From Octopus sinensis (Eukaryota), in assembly GCF_006345805.1 (NCBI RefSeq), contig NC_043005.1:42780001-42844000 (forward strand): a stretch of DNA of 64,000 bases, written 5' to 3'. The notes beneath the pieces are model-generated. The model saw nothing but the letters and a program-made list of their open reading frames with translations, made no database searches and had not been told where the DNA came from. A program made the translations under genes and the position numbers. Each line of letters begins with the position of its first letter. Within the stretch, counting starts at the first letter, position 1. Positions 12,357 through 26,015 of this stretch are shown one piece after another.

Positions 12357-13402
12357 GTCTATTTATCTATGTGTTGACATGTGACATTATTGACCGAGGT
12401 TACCGTGGTCTTTTCCGTAGGCTTTTCTTTCCACGGATAAACCTTATCTCCTTCCCCATTTACACTTTACATCATGACATTTCTGTGATACACGATCCCT
12501 ATTGATCATTTTTTCTCTCTCTCTCTCTTTTTACGATCCCTTTTGATCGAAAACCTACCTCCTTTTTTATTTTTTATTTTTATTTTTCTTTCCCTTTTTT
12601 TCCTCCCCAAAAAGAAAAAGCTCTACTTTGTAATTTGTCCCCTGTGTCCAGCCCTATGTGGCTTATGAAGAAACATATCTATCTGTCTGTCTGTCTGTCT
12701 ATTGGTTTTTCGTTCGACGGGAGGATTCACCTGTCCGACTCTCCAGCGGCTAGGCATCTTTTGGAAGCTACAACGATGTGAGGAAGTGCATTGTGGCCAG
12801 TAGTGTACAACAACACCTGACAGTCTATTCGACACAGTGATAAACTGACAGTGACAGAGTGACAGTGACAAAGTGATTTACTTTCATTATTAGGTGTTGA
12901 CTGAAGCTGTCAATATGTTATCTGAGATATGCTCATATAAATCTAACTCCAATGTGTGAGATTAACATCAATAATCCTGCTAGCAATGTTCAATATAACA
13001 GCTATGCAAATCGAATATAAATAATTTATTCCGTAATACTACCTTACAGTTTACAATAATATTAAATGAGGATTCACATAGGAAATAATATTTAATAACA
13101 ACACAGTTTTGATGTTTTATTAAGAATCTAAATTTCAATCTACTTTTAAAATATGAATCACGTTGCCTTCTAGAAAAGAGTGACATCCCTGAGCACAGGT
13201 TTCCTTTTATCATATTGTTACTAAACCGCGTAAACCTAAAATCTTTTACTATTTGCTACTAAAACGTGTAAACCTAAAATCTATGACGAAAGCAGCCTCG
13301 AATTTGATCAAGGTCTTCATCAAATGTACATCTTTTGTGAATTCGTTCAAATATCTATAAACATGTGCTCGTACACCAACACACACATATCTTCACACAC
13401 AT

Positions 13403-13814
13403 AGGCGCAGGAGTTGGCTTGTGGGTAAGTAGCTTGCTAACCAACCACATGGTTCCGGGTTCAGTCCCACTGCGTGGCATCTTGGGCAAGTGTCTCTGCT
13501 ATAGCCTCGGGCCGACCAATGACTTGTGAGTGATTTGGTAACGGAAACTGAAAGAAGCCTGTCGTATATATGTATATATATATATATGTGTGTGTGTGTG
13601 TATGTATTTGTGTGTCTGTGTTTGTCCCCCTAGCATTGCTTGACAACCGATGCTGGTGTGTTACGTCCCCGTCACTTACGGGTCGGCAAAAGAGACCGAT
13701 AGAATAGTACTGGGCTTCCAAAAAGAATAAGTCCTGGGGTCGATTTGCTCGACTAAAGGCGTGCTCCAGCATGGCCGCAGTCAAATGACTGAAACAAGTA
13801 AAAGAGTAAAGAGA
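13403..13814 (+). mobile_element. Bipartite tRNA SINE, family B, with internal (TA)/(TG) tract
   Basis: Head aggcgcaggag, B-box GGTTCAGTCCC, CORE-like cttgggcaagtgtc, tail (taaaagag)n; many copies in the window. Confidence 0.85.
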
Positions 13815-14171
13815 GATATCCACACACAAGCACACACAAGCCATAACACGTTCTTTCGTACGTTAACAGGCAAAAATACAATTTACTCACATTGATATAG
13901 AAAAACTCATCATATATTCCGATCTCAATTTATTTTACCTACATTTATTTTACAACATATATATATATTTTCACAAGTCTCGTTAGTTAACCGGTCTCGG
14001 TGGACCAATAATAGATGCTCCATTGCATTACAATCACAGCGCATGTGCCATGGGAGCCGAATAAATACCAAATATAAGAATAATTTCATGCAAAGTCTAC
14101 CAAAGAGTCTAATGGAAGGATAAGTAACAAAAAGAATTATGTCGAGTTCAGGGTTATATATATAATGAAAT

Positions 14172-14425
14172 ATGAAGGCGCGTGATCTAGTGGTTAGGGG
14201 GATTGCACTCACGATCGCTAGATCCTGGGTTCGATTCCCGGACCGGACCGGACGGTACATTGTATTCTTGGGCAAAACATTCAATGTTGTTCCATGTCAT
14301 TCAACTGTAAATGGGTAATTCTGTGACGGAATAGCCTTCTGATCAGCAGGGATATTGGCCTCACTTACCTCAGCCAGCGGGGTGGTGTCATTCGAACGCA
14401 AAGCGCATTGTGACCAGCGATATTA
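14172..14425 (+). mobile_element. tRNA-headed SINE, family D
   Basis: gaaggcgcgtg...GGGTTCGATTCCC...ttcttgggcaaaaca; tail matches 31149-31270 (minus). Confidence 0.6.
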
Positions 14426-15767
14426 ACATATATATATATATATATTAGATATAATATATATATATAATGAAATATACAGAACAATATCAAATCTGTTATG
14501 TTTGCACCGAATTGATGTTTTTATTGGGGTGTTCCACCAGTATTCCTTGTTTTTGAAGGTGCGAATACTTACTAGTTTTGATATGCTTTGGTGTATACAT
14601 CAGGGCAGTCTTTCCTACGGATAACATTGTAAACGGTACTATGTATATATGCATGTAGGTGTGTATGCATACAGGTATGTATGCATACAAGTATGTATGC
14701 ATACAATATTATTGTATGAATAAGTATGCATATAAAACATGGACACCAGTATATTTAGAATTGTACTTAGGTTTTGCGCAACTAAATTTTATACTTAGTA
14801 TTGTATACGAGGAAATGAATATAAAACGTAGCTACCTTTAAGCGACATCAGCTTTTACAGGGTTGTGTCAAAATGATTACAGGTGTGTAAGCTCCATTTT
14901 ATTCTAGAGAGTAATTTGTTTATGCGTTACAAATGAGGAATTATCGAATTAAAAGTATGTTATAAAATATATCATGGCGTTAAGTAAAATTCTGCGAAGC
15001 TGAATACATGAGAATGTAGAGAATAAAAGCATGTAAGATATGAATAAGTGGATTAAAATGAAGCAAACGTAGAAAAGGATTATCATACATACTTTGGATA
15101 AATAGGTGTGTAAAAAAAAAAAACCTTTGAACTAGCTTCGATAAATTATACAAGATACTATGAAAATTAAGGGAAGTATGAGAGCGTGGATACAAGAAAT
15201 TAAGTTTAGAGTCTGTATTTTTATCACGCAATATGAAATTAGATTAAATTATCGTAAGGCGATATTAAATTGGATTAAGTAAAATAAAACTCAAAATAAA
15301 AAGGAGAGGATTAAAATAACAAAATAGGGGATAAATGTTTGAATTAGAGAATGTGGAGATTGTATAATGTAGAATGATAACTAGATACCTACCTAAATAA
15401 TTAAATAAATAAGAGTTAGTCAAAACTAATTGTAGATAAAATTAACCACAGTAACATAAATTAAATGATGCTTATTAAATTGAAGGTTAAACAGGAAATT
15501 ATAGTTAGCTAATTTAATAATTAAGTGAACATAATAACTGTAAGAGCAGAAACTGAATCTAATTGCTGAGTTGAATAAAAGTATAATTCTGTTAGACTGG
15601 AAGTAGTGATTTTAAAGTTACTATTGTATAGTTTCTCTGATATATTATTATACAATAGAATAGCTACAATGATTAAGAAAACAATGGGCATTAGTAAAAG
15701 TATACAGTTGCCGTAGCAATAGCTGTCAATGAACATATTTTTACTGAAGATACTATGTGAAAAATAA

Positions 15768-16814
15768 GGCGGCGAGTTGGCAGAATCGTTAGCACTCCGG
15801 GCGAAATGCTTAGCAGTATTTCGTCTGCCGCTACGTTCTGTGTTCAAATTCTGCCGAGGTCGACTTTGCCTTTCATCCTTTCGGGGTCGATAAATTAAGT
15901 ACCAGTTACGCACTGGGGTCGATGTAATCGACTTAATTCGTTCGTCTGTCCTTGTTTGTCTTCTCTGTGTTTAGCCCCTTGTGGGTAGTAAAAAGAAATA
16001 TTTTTACTAAAGATACTATGTGAAAAATAAGGCGGCGAGTTGGCAGAATCGTTAGCACGCCGGGCGAAATGCTTAGCAGTATTTCGTCTGCCGCTACGTT
16101 CTGTGTTTCAAATTCTGCCGAGGTCGACTTTGCCTTTCATCCCTTTCGGGGTCGATTAAATAGGTACCAGTTACGCACTGGGGTCGATGTAATCGTCTTA
16201 ATTCGTTCGTCTGTCCTTGTTTGTCCTCTCTGTGTTTAGCCCCTTGTGGGCAGTAAAGAAATAGGTATTTCGTCTGTCGCTACGTTCTGAGATCAAATTC
16301 CGCCAAGGTCGACTTTGCCTTTCATCCTTTCGGGGTCGATTAAATAGGTACCAGTTACGCACTGGGATCGATGTAATCGACTTAATTCGTTCGTCTGTCC
16401 CTGTTTGTCCTCTCTGTGTTTAGCCCCTTGTGGGTAGTAAAGAAATAGGTATTTCGTCTGTCGCTACGTTCTGAGATCAAATTCCGCCAAGGTCGACTTT
16501 GCCTTTCATCCCTTTCGGGGTCGATCAAATAGGTACCAGTTACGCACCGGGGTCGATGTAATCGATTTAATTCGTTCGTCTGTCCTTGTTTGTCCTCTCT
16601 GTGTTTAGCCCCTTGTGGGTAGTAAAGAAATAGGTATTTCGTCTGTCGCTACGTTCTGAGATCAAATTCCGCCAAGGTCGACTTTGACTTTCATCCTTTC
16701 GGGGTCGATAAATTAAGTACCAGTTACGCACTGGGGTCGATGTAATCGACTTAATACCTATGTCTGTCCTTGTTTCTCCCCTCTATGTTTAGCCCCTTTG
16801 GGTAATAAAGAAAC
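15768..16814 (+). mobile_element. Family A tRNA SINE cluster: one monomer plus a head-to-tail array of one full and three 5'-truncated units
   Basis: Heads ggcggcgag at 15768 and 16031; units of about 184 bp restart at ggtatttcgtc near 16264, 16448 and 16633; tail aaagaaata. Confidence 0.9.
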
Positions 16815-17139
16815 AGATACTATGTGAAAATATTTTACAACATGAGATATAAAAAAAAGTGTAAGAATGATATAAAGTCGTTATTGAAAATTCGTTACTA
16901 TTCTACAGGTTCATGCGAAATTATTCAGTAAGTTATAAAATATATGGGAATATAGATTGAAATAATTTAATAGTTCAAAATATTTCATGTTTGTATGATA
17001 AAGCTAATTCTGAACAATGATTAAACAACTGGTCTGGTGTTTGGAGAATAAAATTTCATATGATTCTGAGACGCAGTGCTGTAATTGCTATTTAATAGCA
17101 ATGTAAGGATTTTGCGAAAGATAGAATTTTTTTTTATTT

Positions 17140-17830
17140 AATACTAGTTCCAAATTTTGGCATAACCCCTGCAAGCTCGTGGGGAGAAAATAAGTCGACT
17201 ACATTGACCCCAGTCCTCAATTGGCACGTATTTTGTCGATCCCGAAAGAATGAACGGCGAAATTGACTCGGCTGAATTTGAACTCGGAACGTAAAGATGG
17301 ATCACATACCGCGAAGTATTTTTCCCGGTGTGCTAGTGATTCTGCTAACTCGCTGTCTCAAATCGTCTTATAATATTCAATAAAAAACTGGGGCGGCAAG
17401 CTGGCAGAATCGTTACCGCGCCGAAGAAAAAGTTTAACGGTATTTCGTCCGTCTTTACGTTCTAGATTCAAATCCCGCCGAGCTCTACTTTGCCTTTCAT
17501 CATTTCGAGATCGATAAAATAAGTAGCAGTTGAGCATAGGTGACAATGTAATCAACTTAACCACTCCAAGAAATTGCTGGCCTTGTGCCAGAATTTGAAA
17601 CCAATATTAAATAGAAAATTGGGACGGCAAGCTGGCAGAATCGTTAGCACAGTGGGCAAAGTGCTTAGTGGCATTTCGTCTGTCATTAGATTTGAGTTCA
17701 AATTCTGTCTAGATCGACTTTGAATTTCATCCTTTCGAGGGCGATAAAATAAGTACCAGTTTAGCACGAGAGTTGATGAAGTCGACTTATCCCTCACCTG
17801 AAATCGCTGGATTTCTGCCAAAATTTTTCA
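17140..17830. mobile_element. Three older family A-like SINE copies (about 17140-17365 minus, 17390-17610 plus, 17620-17830 plus)
   Basis: Degenerate ggcggc(g/a)agctggcagaatcgttag heads and tttcatcctttcggggtcgat core. Confidence 0.7.
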
Positions 17831-18380
17831 CGGAAGTAAAGGTAAACTTATTGGTTATTTCTGAAAACATTATCCAAAAAATCTAAAAGCGTAGCCTGTG
17901 CTGTGTCTGTATCAAATGATGGTCACTCATCTGATAATCACTGAAAAGTGAAAGAAATTGGAATATGATGATTGCTTAATGCACTTTATATATACACATT
18001 ATATACTTTATGCACAATATTATAGACTTAATACACAACAATCTCCCTCTTTCTTTCCACTCTTCGCCTTATTCTCTTTTTCTCTCTTATTTTTCTTTCG
18101 CTCCTTGGCTTTCCCTTCAACTAATCGCGTGAAATCGTTACAGACGGGCTAAGTAACGGGGAAAAAACCTTGTTAAAAATATGTATCCCACTTCCCAAAG
18201 CCTTTCCTTCTCCTCCTCTTCCTTACTCTCTCCTAGCCTTCCCCTACCCCTCCTTCCACTCCACGTATATATATATATATACATACACACGTATATATAT
18301 ATATATGTATACACACATACATATATATATATACACACATACATATATATATATATATATAAATACATACATACATATAT

Positions 18381-18440
<60 letters not shown>

Positions 18441-18448
18441 ATATATAT

Positions 18449-18483
<35 letters not shown>

Positions 18484-18840
18484 ATATATATATGTATGTA
18501 TAATGGAACAAAACGCAATAGAGGACAATAAAACATTCAAACAGATAGACGATAAAAAGGCGAACAGAAAAAACAACAATTTGAGGGACAAGAAAAAAGT
18601 ACGTGTCATTCGCGGCGTTTTTCGTCAGTCAAGTTACTAGATATCCTTACAGTTTCGCGCAGTTACAGATGAGACTCTTCGATCTGGTTGATCCCATAAA
18701 AGTCTAAGCTAAGGGCATTAGGCATTTTGTAAGAAAGCTAGTGAATGTGTACGACAACAAAGACAAAAAAACAGAGAACATGGTACACAATTACAAATAC
18801 AAACAACAAAAATATACTTTATATATATATATATATATAC

Positions 18841-19049
18841 GGTTAAGTAATTGAGATTCAAGTGAATTCTAAAGAATTCACATGAATATGGTCCTTAACT
18901 AGGATGCACCGGAAATCTATATGGTGTTAACCATACGACAAGTGGGGTGATTACAAATAGGAAAAAAGCAACAAGAATGGATTAAAATCTCGGTACGATC
19001 GTACGAAACGATCGTACCGAGATTTTAATCCATTCTTGTTGCTTTTTTC

Positions 19050-19055
<6 letters not shown>
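18841..19055 (-). mobile_element. Short fold-back insertion of the hammerhead-bearing family
   Basis: Arms of about 50 bp around ggtacgatcgt-acgaa-acgatcgtacc; retains GAAAC-GATC-GTA; (TA)n flanks. Confidence 0.8.
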
Positions 19056-19099
<44 letters not shown>

Positions 19100-19313
19100 G
19101 TATATATATGTATATATATATATGTATATATACATGCATATATATTCATGTTATATACAGAAAGTTTATCTTGAAGTTATATTCACTTTTGGGTCGATAA
19201 ATTGTGGAACAACTCGTTCGTAGTTTCCTGGTTTGGACATTTTTATTCACCGAAAACCAATGGATGGAAGAGGAAAGGACAACTAATGAATGATGATTGA
19301 CTTGCTGATACCG

Positions 19314-19365
<52 letters not shown>

Positions 19366-20562
19366 TGTGTGCATGCAGAGTGAGAGAGCGCGAATAATGG
19401 GTTAAGCTAGCAGCATACTGAAAAACATTTATGTCTGTGATAAAGTATTTGTCTCAAAGTTAACATACAAGTGTGTCTGAAAATATGTAATTTTATCTAT
19501 CGTATATGAAAATGAGTTTGTTGTTCCTGCTTAAGTGGTGAATGAGAAACATCATCCAACAACATAAACAAAAATAAACAAACATAAACAAATAAATAAC
19601 AACTTTAAGAAATAAATGCAGCACTTGAGTCCATCAGGAGTCTGTTGACACTCCTCTTGAGATTCATGGTAATATACATCAACTTCCTCTTGGCCTAGCT
19701 CAAAGTCGCTGTTGTTTGTCTTCATCGTTAAGCATATAGAGCAAGTATTTCTCTGGAGTCCCTTATAACTGAAACAATTAAAAGGTAACCACAGAGGAGT
19801 TGATTTTCTTTGTTGTCGTACAGAACACTTCTATTACCAGTGGTAGCATGGTAGATCCATAGCGGAATATTAAATTAACGACGTGCAGAACTGAAAATTC
19901 AACGGCATTCTTTTACTTCATTTAAGATGCTATGAACAAACCGGGAAGCAGCTCCGTCAAATGTATGGAGAATCTCGATCGCATTTAAATTAAAAACTAC
20001 TGGCTAGAAAAGCCTCTTAAAAATTTATACGAAAATGGCGGTTCACGTCTTTAAACAAACATAGCATTTTTATATTATCTGCACACTTATTAATTTTTAA
20101 CTTCAACTCATTGCAAAATTAAAATAAATATTTGACTCCTCTAGAAATAGTCAAAATGAATTCATTATGTCTTCTTTCTTTATGAGGAAGAAATACAGAG
20201 TTCATGAACCTTAGCAGATCTCCTGAGCACGATGGAACGAAAGGGAGAAATTATTCTCATACAGCAGACCAGGTCAGAATGCTTGCGGCAGAACGGATTC
20301 TAAAAAAATCATTGAAGATCCATGCGCAGGTATCAAACTCAGCGTCAGGCCTAAGTACGTCTCTAAAGCCAATTGTATAAATTTTAAGATAATTGCCAGG
20401 TGAAATAGATTTGTTTTTCTTTGCTATTACAAAATGAAGCTCCTAGAAATTTCAAAGGGTTGTTGAGAATTTAAACCATTTCTTGGATTCAGATCGCTTG
20501 AGAGTTAAAGCTGTTATATGCTTTCTGCTATAGATAAAAGACTTGAAATACTTCTGAGAGAA

Positions 20563-20953
20563 AGCAGGTCGATTACATCAACCCCAGTGTTCAACTGGTA
20601 CTAATTTTATAGATCCCGAAAGGTTAAAAAGCAAAGTCGACCTCGGTGAAATTTAGACTCAGAACGTAAAGCGACTAATTGCGTCTCATACGCTGTCACA
20701 AAACAGTTTAAATGAAATACCTATTTCTTTACTACCCACAAGAGGCTAAACACAGAGAGGACAAACAAGGACAGACAAACGGATTAAGTCGATTATATCG
20801 ACTCCAGTGCGTAACTGGTACTTATTTAATCGACCCCGAAAGGATGAAAGGCAAAGTCGACCTCGGCGGAATTTGAACTCAGAACGTAGCGGCAGATGAA
20901 ATACCGCTAAGCATTTTGTCCGACGGGATAACGATCCTACCTGCTTGCCGCCT
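20563..20953 (-). mobile_element. Family A SINE copies (partial plus full)
   Basis: Reverse complement of the family A consensus. Confidence 0.85.
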
Positions 20954-21289
20954 TAATTATATGTTATATTTTGCATAGATCAGGGACCGATGAATTACGG
21001 CCTGTGACCTAATTCCTTCTGACCTACCAACTTAATTCCATTACGTAAGTAGTTTACCAAACAATGGGGTACAATTCATAGATCCATAAACCAGAGACAT
21101 AGCGTGGATAAAAAATGGTTGGGAACCACTGCTGAAGAGCAAGGCTTCTTAATTTTTTTTCATTTGGTAGTGCAATGGAAATCAAGTAAAATATTAGTGG
21201 CACATTTTGGAAGAAATCTTTTTAAAAACTGTTTTAAAGTTAAAATGGAAAAAAACCCCAGAAAATTGTTGCTTATCTTCGTTATTATA

Positions 21290-22495
21290 TTGGGTTGGCA
21301 ACTAAGGTCCCACCGTTATTTTAAATTTTGGAATTTATTGCGTTTTTAAATTTTGGAGTCTATTTTTTTCGAGAATTCTATTTTTGAATATTTTTGGAAT
21401 CTATTTTGTTTTTCTTCTTGTTAATTTTATTTAATTTTTGTTTATTTTCAGATCATCAAAATGGAATGTCAAGTTAAGAAAAACGAGCATTTTCGACACC
21501 TCCTTCTTTTTGCTTTTAAGGAAGGTTCTAAGGCCGAAAAACTGCTCGCAACATTTGGGCTGTGTATGGGGAGGGTGCCACAGCTGAAAGAACCGCTCGT
21601 TATTGGTATGCCAAGTTCAAAAATGGAAATTTTGACCTCAAAGACGCACCTCGTTCTACCAACTTTTGCACGAAAATTCTCGTCAAACGACAAGGGAACT
21701 GGCAGAGAAAACGGAATGCTCCCACACTGCTATAGAGAAGCATCTTCACTCAATGGTAAAGGTTCAGAAGTTCCGCATGCTTCAAGTGACAAAAACAAAA
21801 ATCAACGAGCCACAATCTCCGCAGGTTTGCTTGCTGGTCACCGCTCAGCTCATGGACACAAGCAACGATTTCTTTACCGAATCATTACTGACGACAAAAA
21901 ATGGTACCTGTACATCAATATGAAGCAGCGTAAGGAATAGCTTAGCCCCAGTAAACAAGCGACACCGCGTAAAACGATGTTGTGCGTATGGTGAGACTGG
22001 GGAAGGATTATCTATTACGAATTGCTTGAACGTAACCAAACAGTCAACGTGGAACTCTATGTTCAACAGATGGAACGACTCAATGCGGTTATTCAAGAGA
22101 AAAGACCTAATCTGCAGCATGGAGTTCTGCTGCATGACAACGACCCTCCCCCTCATATCACCAATATGACCAAGGAAGCCATTCAAACGCATGGCTGGGA
22201 AATGCTGCCACACCCACCGTACTCTCCTGATTTGGTACAAATGGATTTCCACTTCTTTCGATCTCTTTCAAATGCTATCCGCGGAGTTTCGTTCAATACT
22301 GATGCAGAATTGAGAGCTTGCTTGGATCAACTTTTCGAGTCGAAATCGGGTGATTTCTACTAACGATGTATTGAAAATCTTGTTGAACATTGGGAAGAAG
22401 TTGTAAACAACAAGGGTGAATACATTATTGATTAATTAGTTGTTAGTTTTTTATTAAACCTTTAGAAAAGGGCGGGAACTTAGTTGCCAACCCAG
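21290..22495 (+). mobile_element. Near full-length mariner transposon; transposase 21461 to about 22435 is a pseudogene
   Basis: TIRs ttgggttggcaactaag / cttagttgccaacccag with TA TSD; MECQVKKNEHFRHLLLFAF, IITDDKKW, LHDND, HPPYSPDLVQMDFHFF (D34D type with one extra codon). Confidence 0.95.
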
Positions 22496-23238
22496 TACAT
22501 ACTTGTGAATAACAAAAGAGCAACATATGTTCAAGTTGTTCCAGCGCTAGATAGGATATCTCAAAGCCTTAAACCATATCAAAAAAAATAAAAAAGAACG
22601 GTGGTGCAATATTCGAGAACCAATGGTCAAGATGCTTCAGCGTTGATTCGACATGAATAGAGTTTTATTGCGGTGTGTCTCTGATTTGTTTTTCTCATTT
22701 CTTATACCTTAAAATTTCATTATTTTCTTTTCTGCATCAAACCCCATACATAAAACTGACACATAAGTAGTCTAACTGAAAAAAAGAAAAAGATACTGAA
22801 AACAATTAATTTTAGCATGAAATCCGTATCAGTCTGCATCTTTAAAAAAAAAAATCTGAAAACATCTCGTGCAAAGTTTATCTTACTAAAAGAAGATGGA
22901 CTTAAATATATCATTTCTTTTGTAATTTTCTGGAATATTTCCTGCATGTTATCTAATTAAACATTAGACTATTTTAAAATCTTCTAAATTTGGTTTGGGA
23001 GTTGTATGTAGTGAGACCCATCAATGTCTATGTGTTAATGACGAGACAGCATCATCAGCTACACTGTATGGTTATTGTATGCAATTAGTAGCAGTTCTAT
23101 ATTACTATAGAACAAAAGCTTCTTCTTGTTTACTATGGCATCAGCAGCAGTGGCGGCCATGTTTTTCAGTTGCTGTCAAATTCTTCACTGCACAAACATT
23201 GAGATACACATACACACAAATGTGCATGTATGTGTTAA

Positions 23239-23318
<80 letters not shown>

Positions 23319-23528
23319 AATCTGTCTGTCTGTCTATCTATTTATATATGTATTTATCTCCCTCTTTCTTTCAATATATGTGCGTCTGTGTGTGCATGTA
23401 TATACATATTTGCATGTGTGCCTCTGTGTGTGTGTGTGTGTGCATTTATATATATCTATATATATATACATATAGATAGATAGATAGATATATAGACAGA
23501 CAGATAGATAGATAGATAGATAGATAGT

Positions 23529-23578
<50 letters not shown>

Positions 23579-23797
23579 CATAGACAGATAGATAGATAGA
23601 CAGATAGATAGATGGACAGATATGCATATATATATACACATATATATATATATATACATACATACATATATATATGCTTACATACATACATGCATACATA
23701 CACACATACATACATACGTGCATGCAGTTTCTGTAAGTATATATTTGAGCACATTGTGTATGTGTGTGAGTGAGTGAGAAAGAGAGAGAGTGTGTGT

Positions 23798-23833
<36 letters not shown>

Positions 23834-24509
23834 AGTGAGTTAGCATATAATCAACAAGAAATAGTTTATGTGCATCTTGCTGTGTATGTATATAACATGT
23901 GTATTTAAGTGTGTTAGACTTATATGAGTAGCTCCTTATATTAACTGCTTCGCAGCAGTGGTCGGATGAGCATGAAGAATATTGCTGTAGATTAAATACC
24001 GAGGCTTTTCTGTATCCGTCTTAAACGTTTCTTTGTTTGATAAAACGTACGAAGAAAGGACCTTGTGTAAATATAGTCTATTTTCTTAATATGTTTCATC
24101 AATTATGTAACATAGACACGCAATATAAGCTCTCTGAGTAGGGAGTAAGAGATATAAACAGCAAACAAAATAAAATGGGTGTTTTGTTCTGGTCAGGAAC
24201 CTCTTCACTTTCTTCAATATTTTCTTATAAACAGAAGGAATTGTTATCGTCTGAGAAATACCAAATCACTTGCATACCATCGCGATTCAAGGTAACGCCT
24301 GTAAGTGATGTTTTTCAGAATGCAAATCTAGTACACTCGAAATAAATTTTCGCCTCCATCTAAAATATTCTTTATCGCCAGCTAACGTGAGAGCCTAACT
24401 GAAGTCACTCGACCTGCTAGAAATAACAGACAAACATCCTTCAAAACGGGCTCTACCGCATTAAATGAAGAAAAGATAAATTAGATAGTTAATAATAGTG
24501 TTATATATT

Positions 24510-24891
24510 GGAAGCACTCCGTCGGTTACGACGACGAGGGTTCCGGTTGATCCGATTAACGGAACAGCCTGCTCGTGAAATTAACGTGTAAGTGGCTGAG
24601 CACTCCACAGACACGTGTACCCTTAACGTAGTTCTCGGGGATATTCAGCGTGACACAGAGAGTGACAAGGCCGGCCCTTTGAAATACAGGTACAACAGAA
24701 ACAGGAAGTAAGAGTGAGAGAAAGTTGTGGTGAAAGAGTACAGCAGGGATCACCACCATCAATGCAGGAGCCTCGTGGAGCGTTAGGTGTTTTCGCTCAA
24801 TAAACACTCACAACGCCCGGTCTGGGAATCGAAACCGCGATCCTACGACCGCGAGTCCGCTGCCCTAACCACTGGGCCATTGCGCCTCCAC
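24510..24891 (-). mobile_element. tRNA SINE family C, full length with TSD
   Basis: Head ggaggcgcaatggcccagtggtt on minus; 16-bp TSD TAATAGTGTTATATAT at 24493-24508 and 24892-24907. Confidence 0.9.
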
Positions 24892-25966
24892 TAATAGTGT
24901 TATATATACAACTAATAAACTGGCTTCAGAGCTGGAAAGCCATTAGTTACGGTCTATGGTTAATCTGAGTTTATCTGTTTCTAAACGGAAAATGGAAGTA
25001 TTTCGATTAACACTTACGGCCTCATTGTACCCTTTCACCACTTTGAAACTAAACAGAGCCATCAGTAACACCTCTACTTACCAAAGGATCAACGAACAAA
25101 GAAACGAAGCGGTCACATCTGTATATTGATGAGAGTTACTATCTTAGAAAAGCAGTGCAAAATATCTTCAGAATCTTCTACGAGAAAAATCTAATTTCTA
25201 ACGCAAAAAAAATCGTGCCAAGAGATATATAAAAGATACACGCAAATCAACAGAGTGAGTACAGTTATATTTCTTCTTTGTGATATAGTTATTCACTGAG
25301 AGTGAAGAACAACGAAAAAGATTATTGGAACTGCGAGTTTTTACATGTAGAGAAGACACAGCAAGAAGAGGTTCCAAACACGCCCCATAAAATATATATA
25401 AAATGCTTGCCACAAGTTACAATATAGCACATCCACGTTACGGTTGACCAGACCCATTTTTGGGACATACTCAGTCTGGATCCAGGCTCAATATTATATT
25501 TTTAAAAAATATTATTGCTTTCTAATTTTAAAATATTTTGCTTCAAAAGCTAGCAAGCATTCAGTATAAGAAACCGACTAGAATTGTGATTAAAACTGAC
25601 TCTGTGCATGCCTCTCATATCGCCTGGTTTTATGTATATGAAAATACTTCTCGCCGAATATCTTTATCACAAGGATTTTCAGGGTTTTCAGTTATGTGGA
25701 CACTTTGCATTACACTACTTTGTAATAAATGAGAATATGGACTGATAGCCGAAGCCTTAAGAGGAGGTTTATGTGAGATACATACATACATACATGCATA
25801 CATACATACATACATACATACATACATACATACATACATACATACATACGTGCATACATACATTTATACATAGGTGTGTGTGTGTATGCGTGTGTGTGTT
25901 AAGTAAAATGAGATAACAAGGCCAAAGCAGTGTGATACTTCTAGGACATTTATAAAGAGAGAGGTA

Positions 25967-26015
25967 GTCTTACAGCTGTTTCGGGGGATATAAAAGATAT
26001 CCCCTCATCAGAGAC
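25967..26015 (-). ncRNA. Minimal type I hammerhead ribozyme, fully paired
   Basis: Minus strand: GTCT-CTGATGA-GGGGATAT-CTTTT-ATATCCCC-GAAAC-AGCT-GTA-AGAC. Confidence 0.85.

Noticed and set aside
15768-16814. Regular repeat array resembling CRISPR or a tRNA cluster
   Set aside because: Units are SINE bodies without unique spacers; heads do not fold into complete tRNAs
18640-18700. Minus-strand TCGAAGAG...GCGAAACTGTA
   Set aside because: Core altered and stems not convincingly paired
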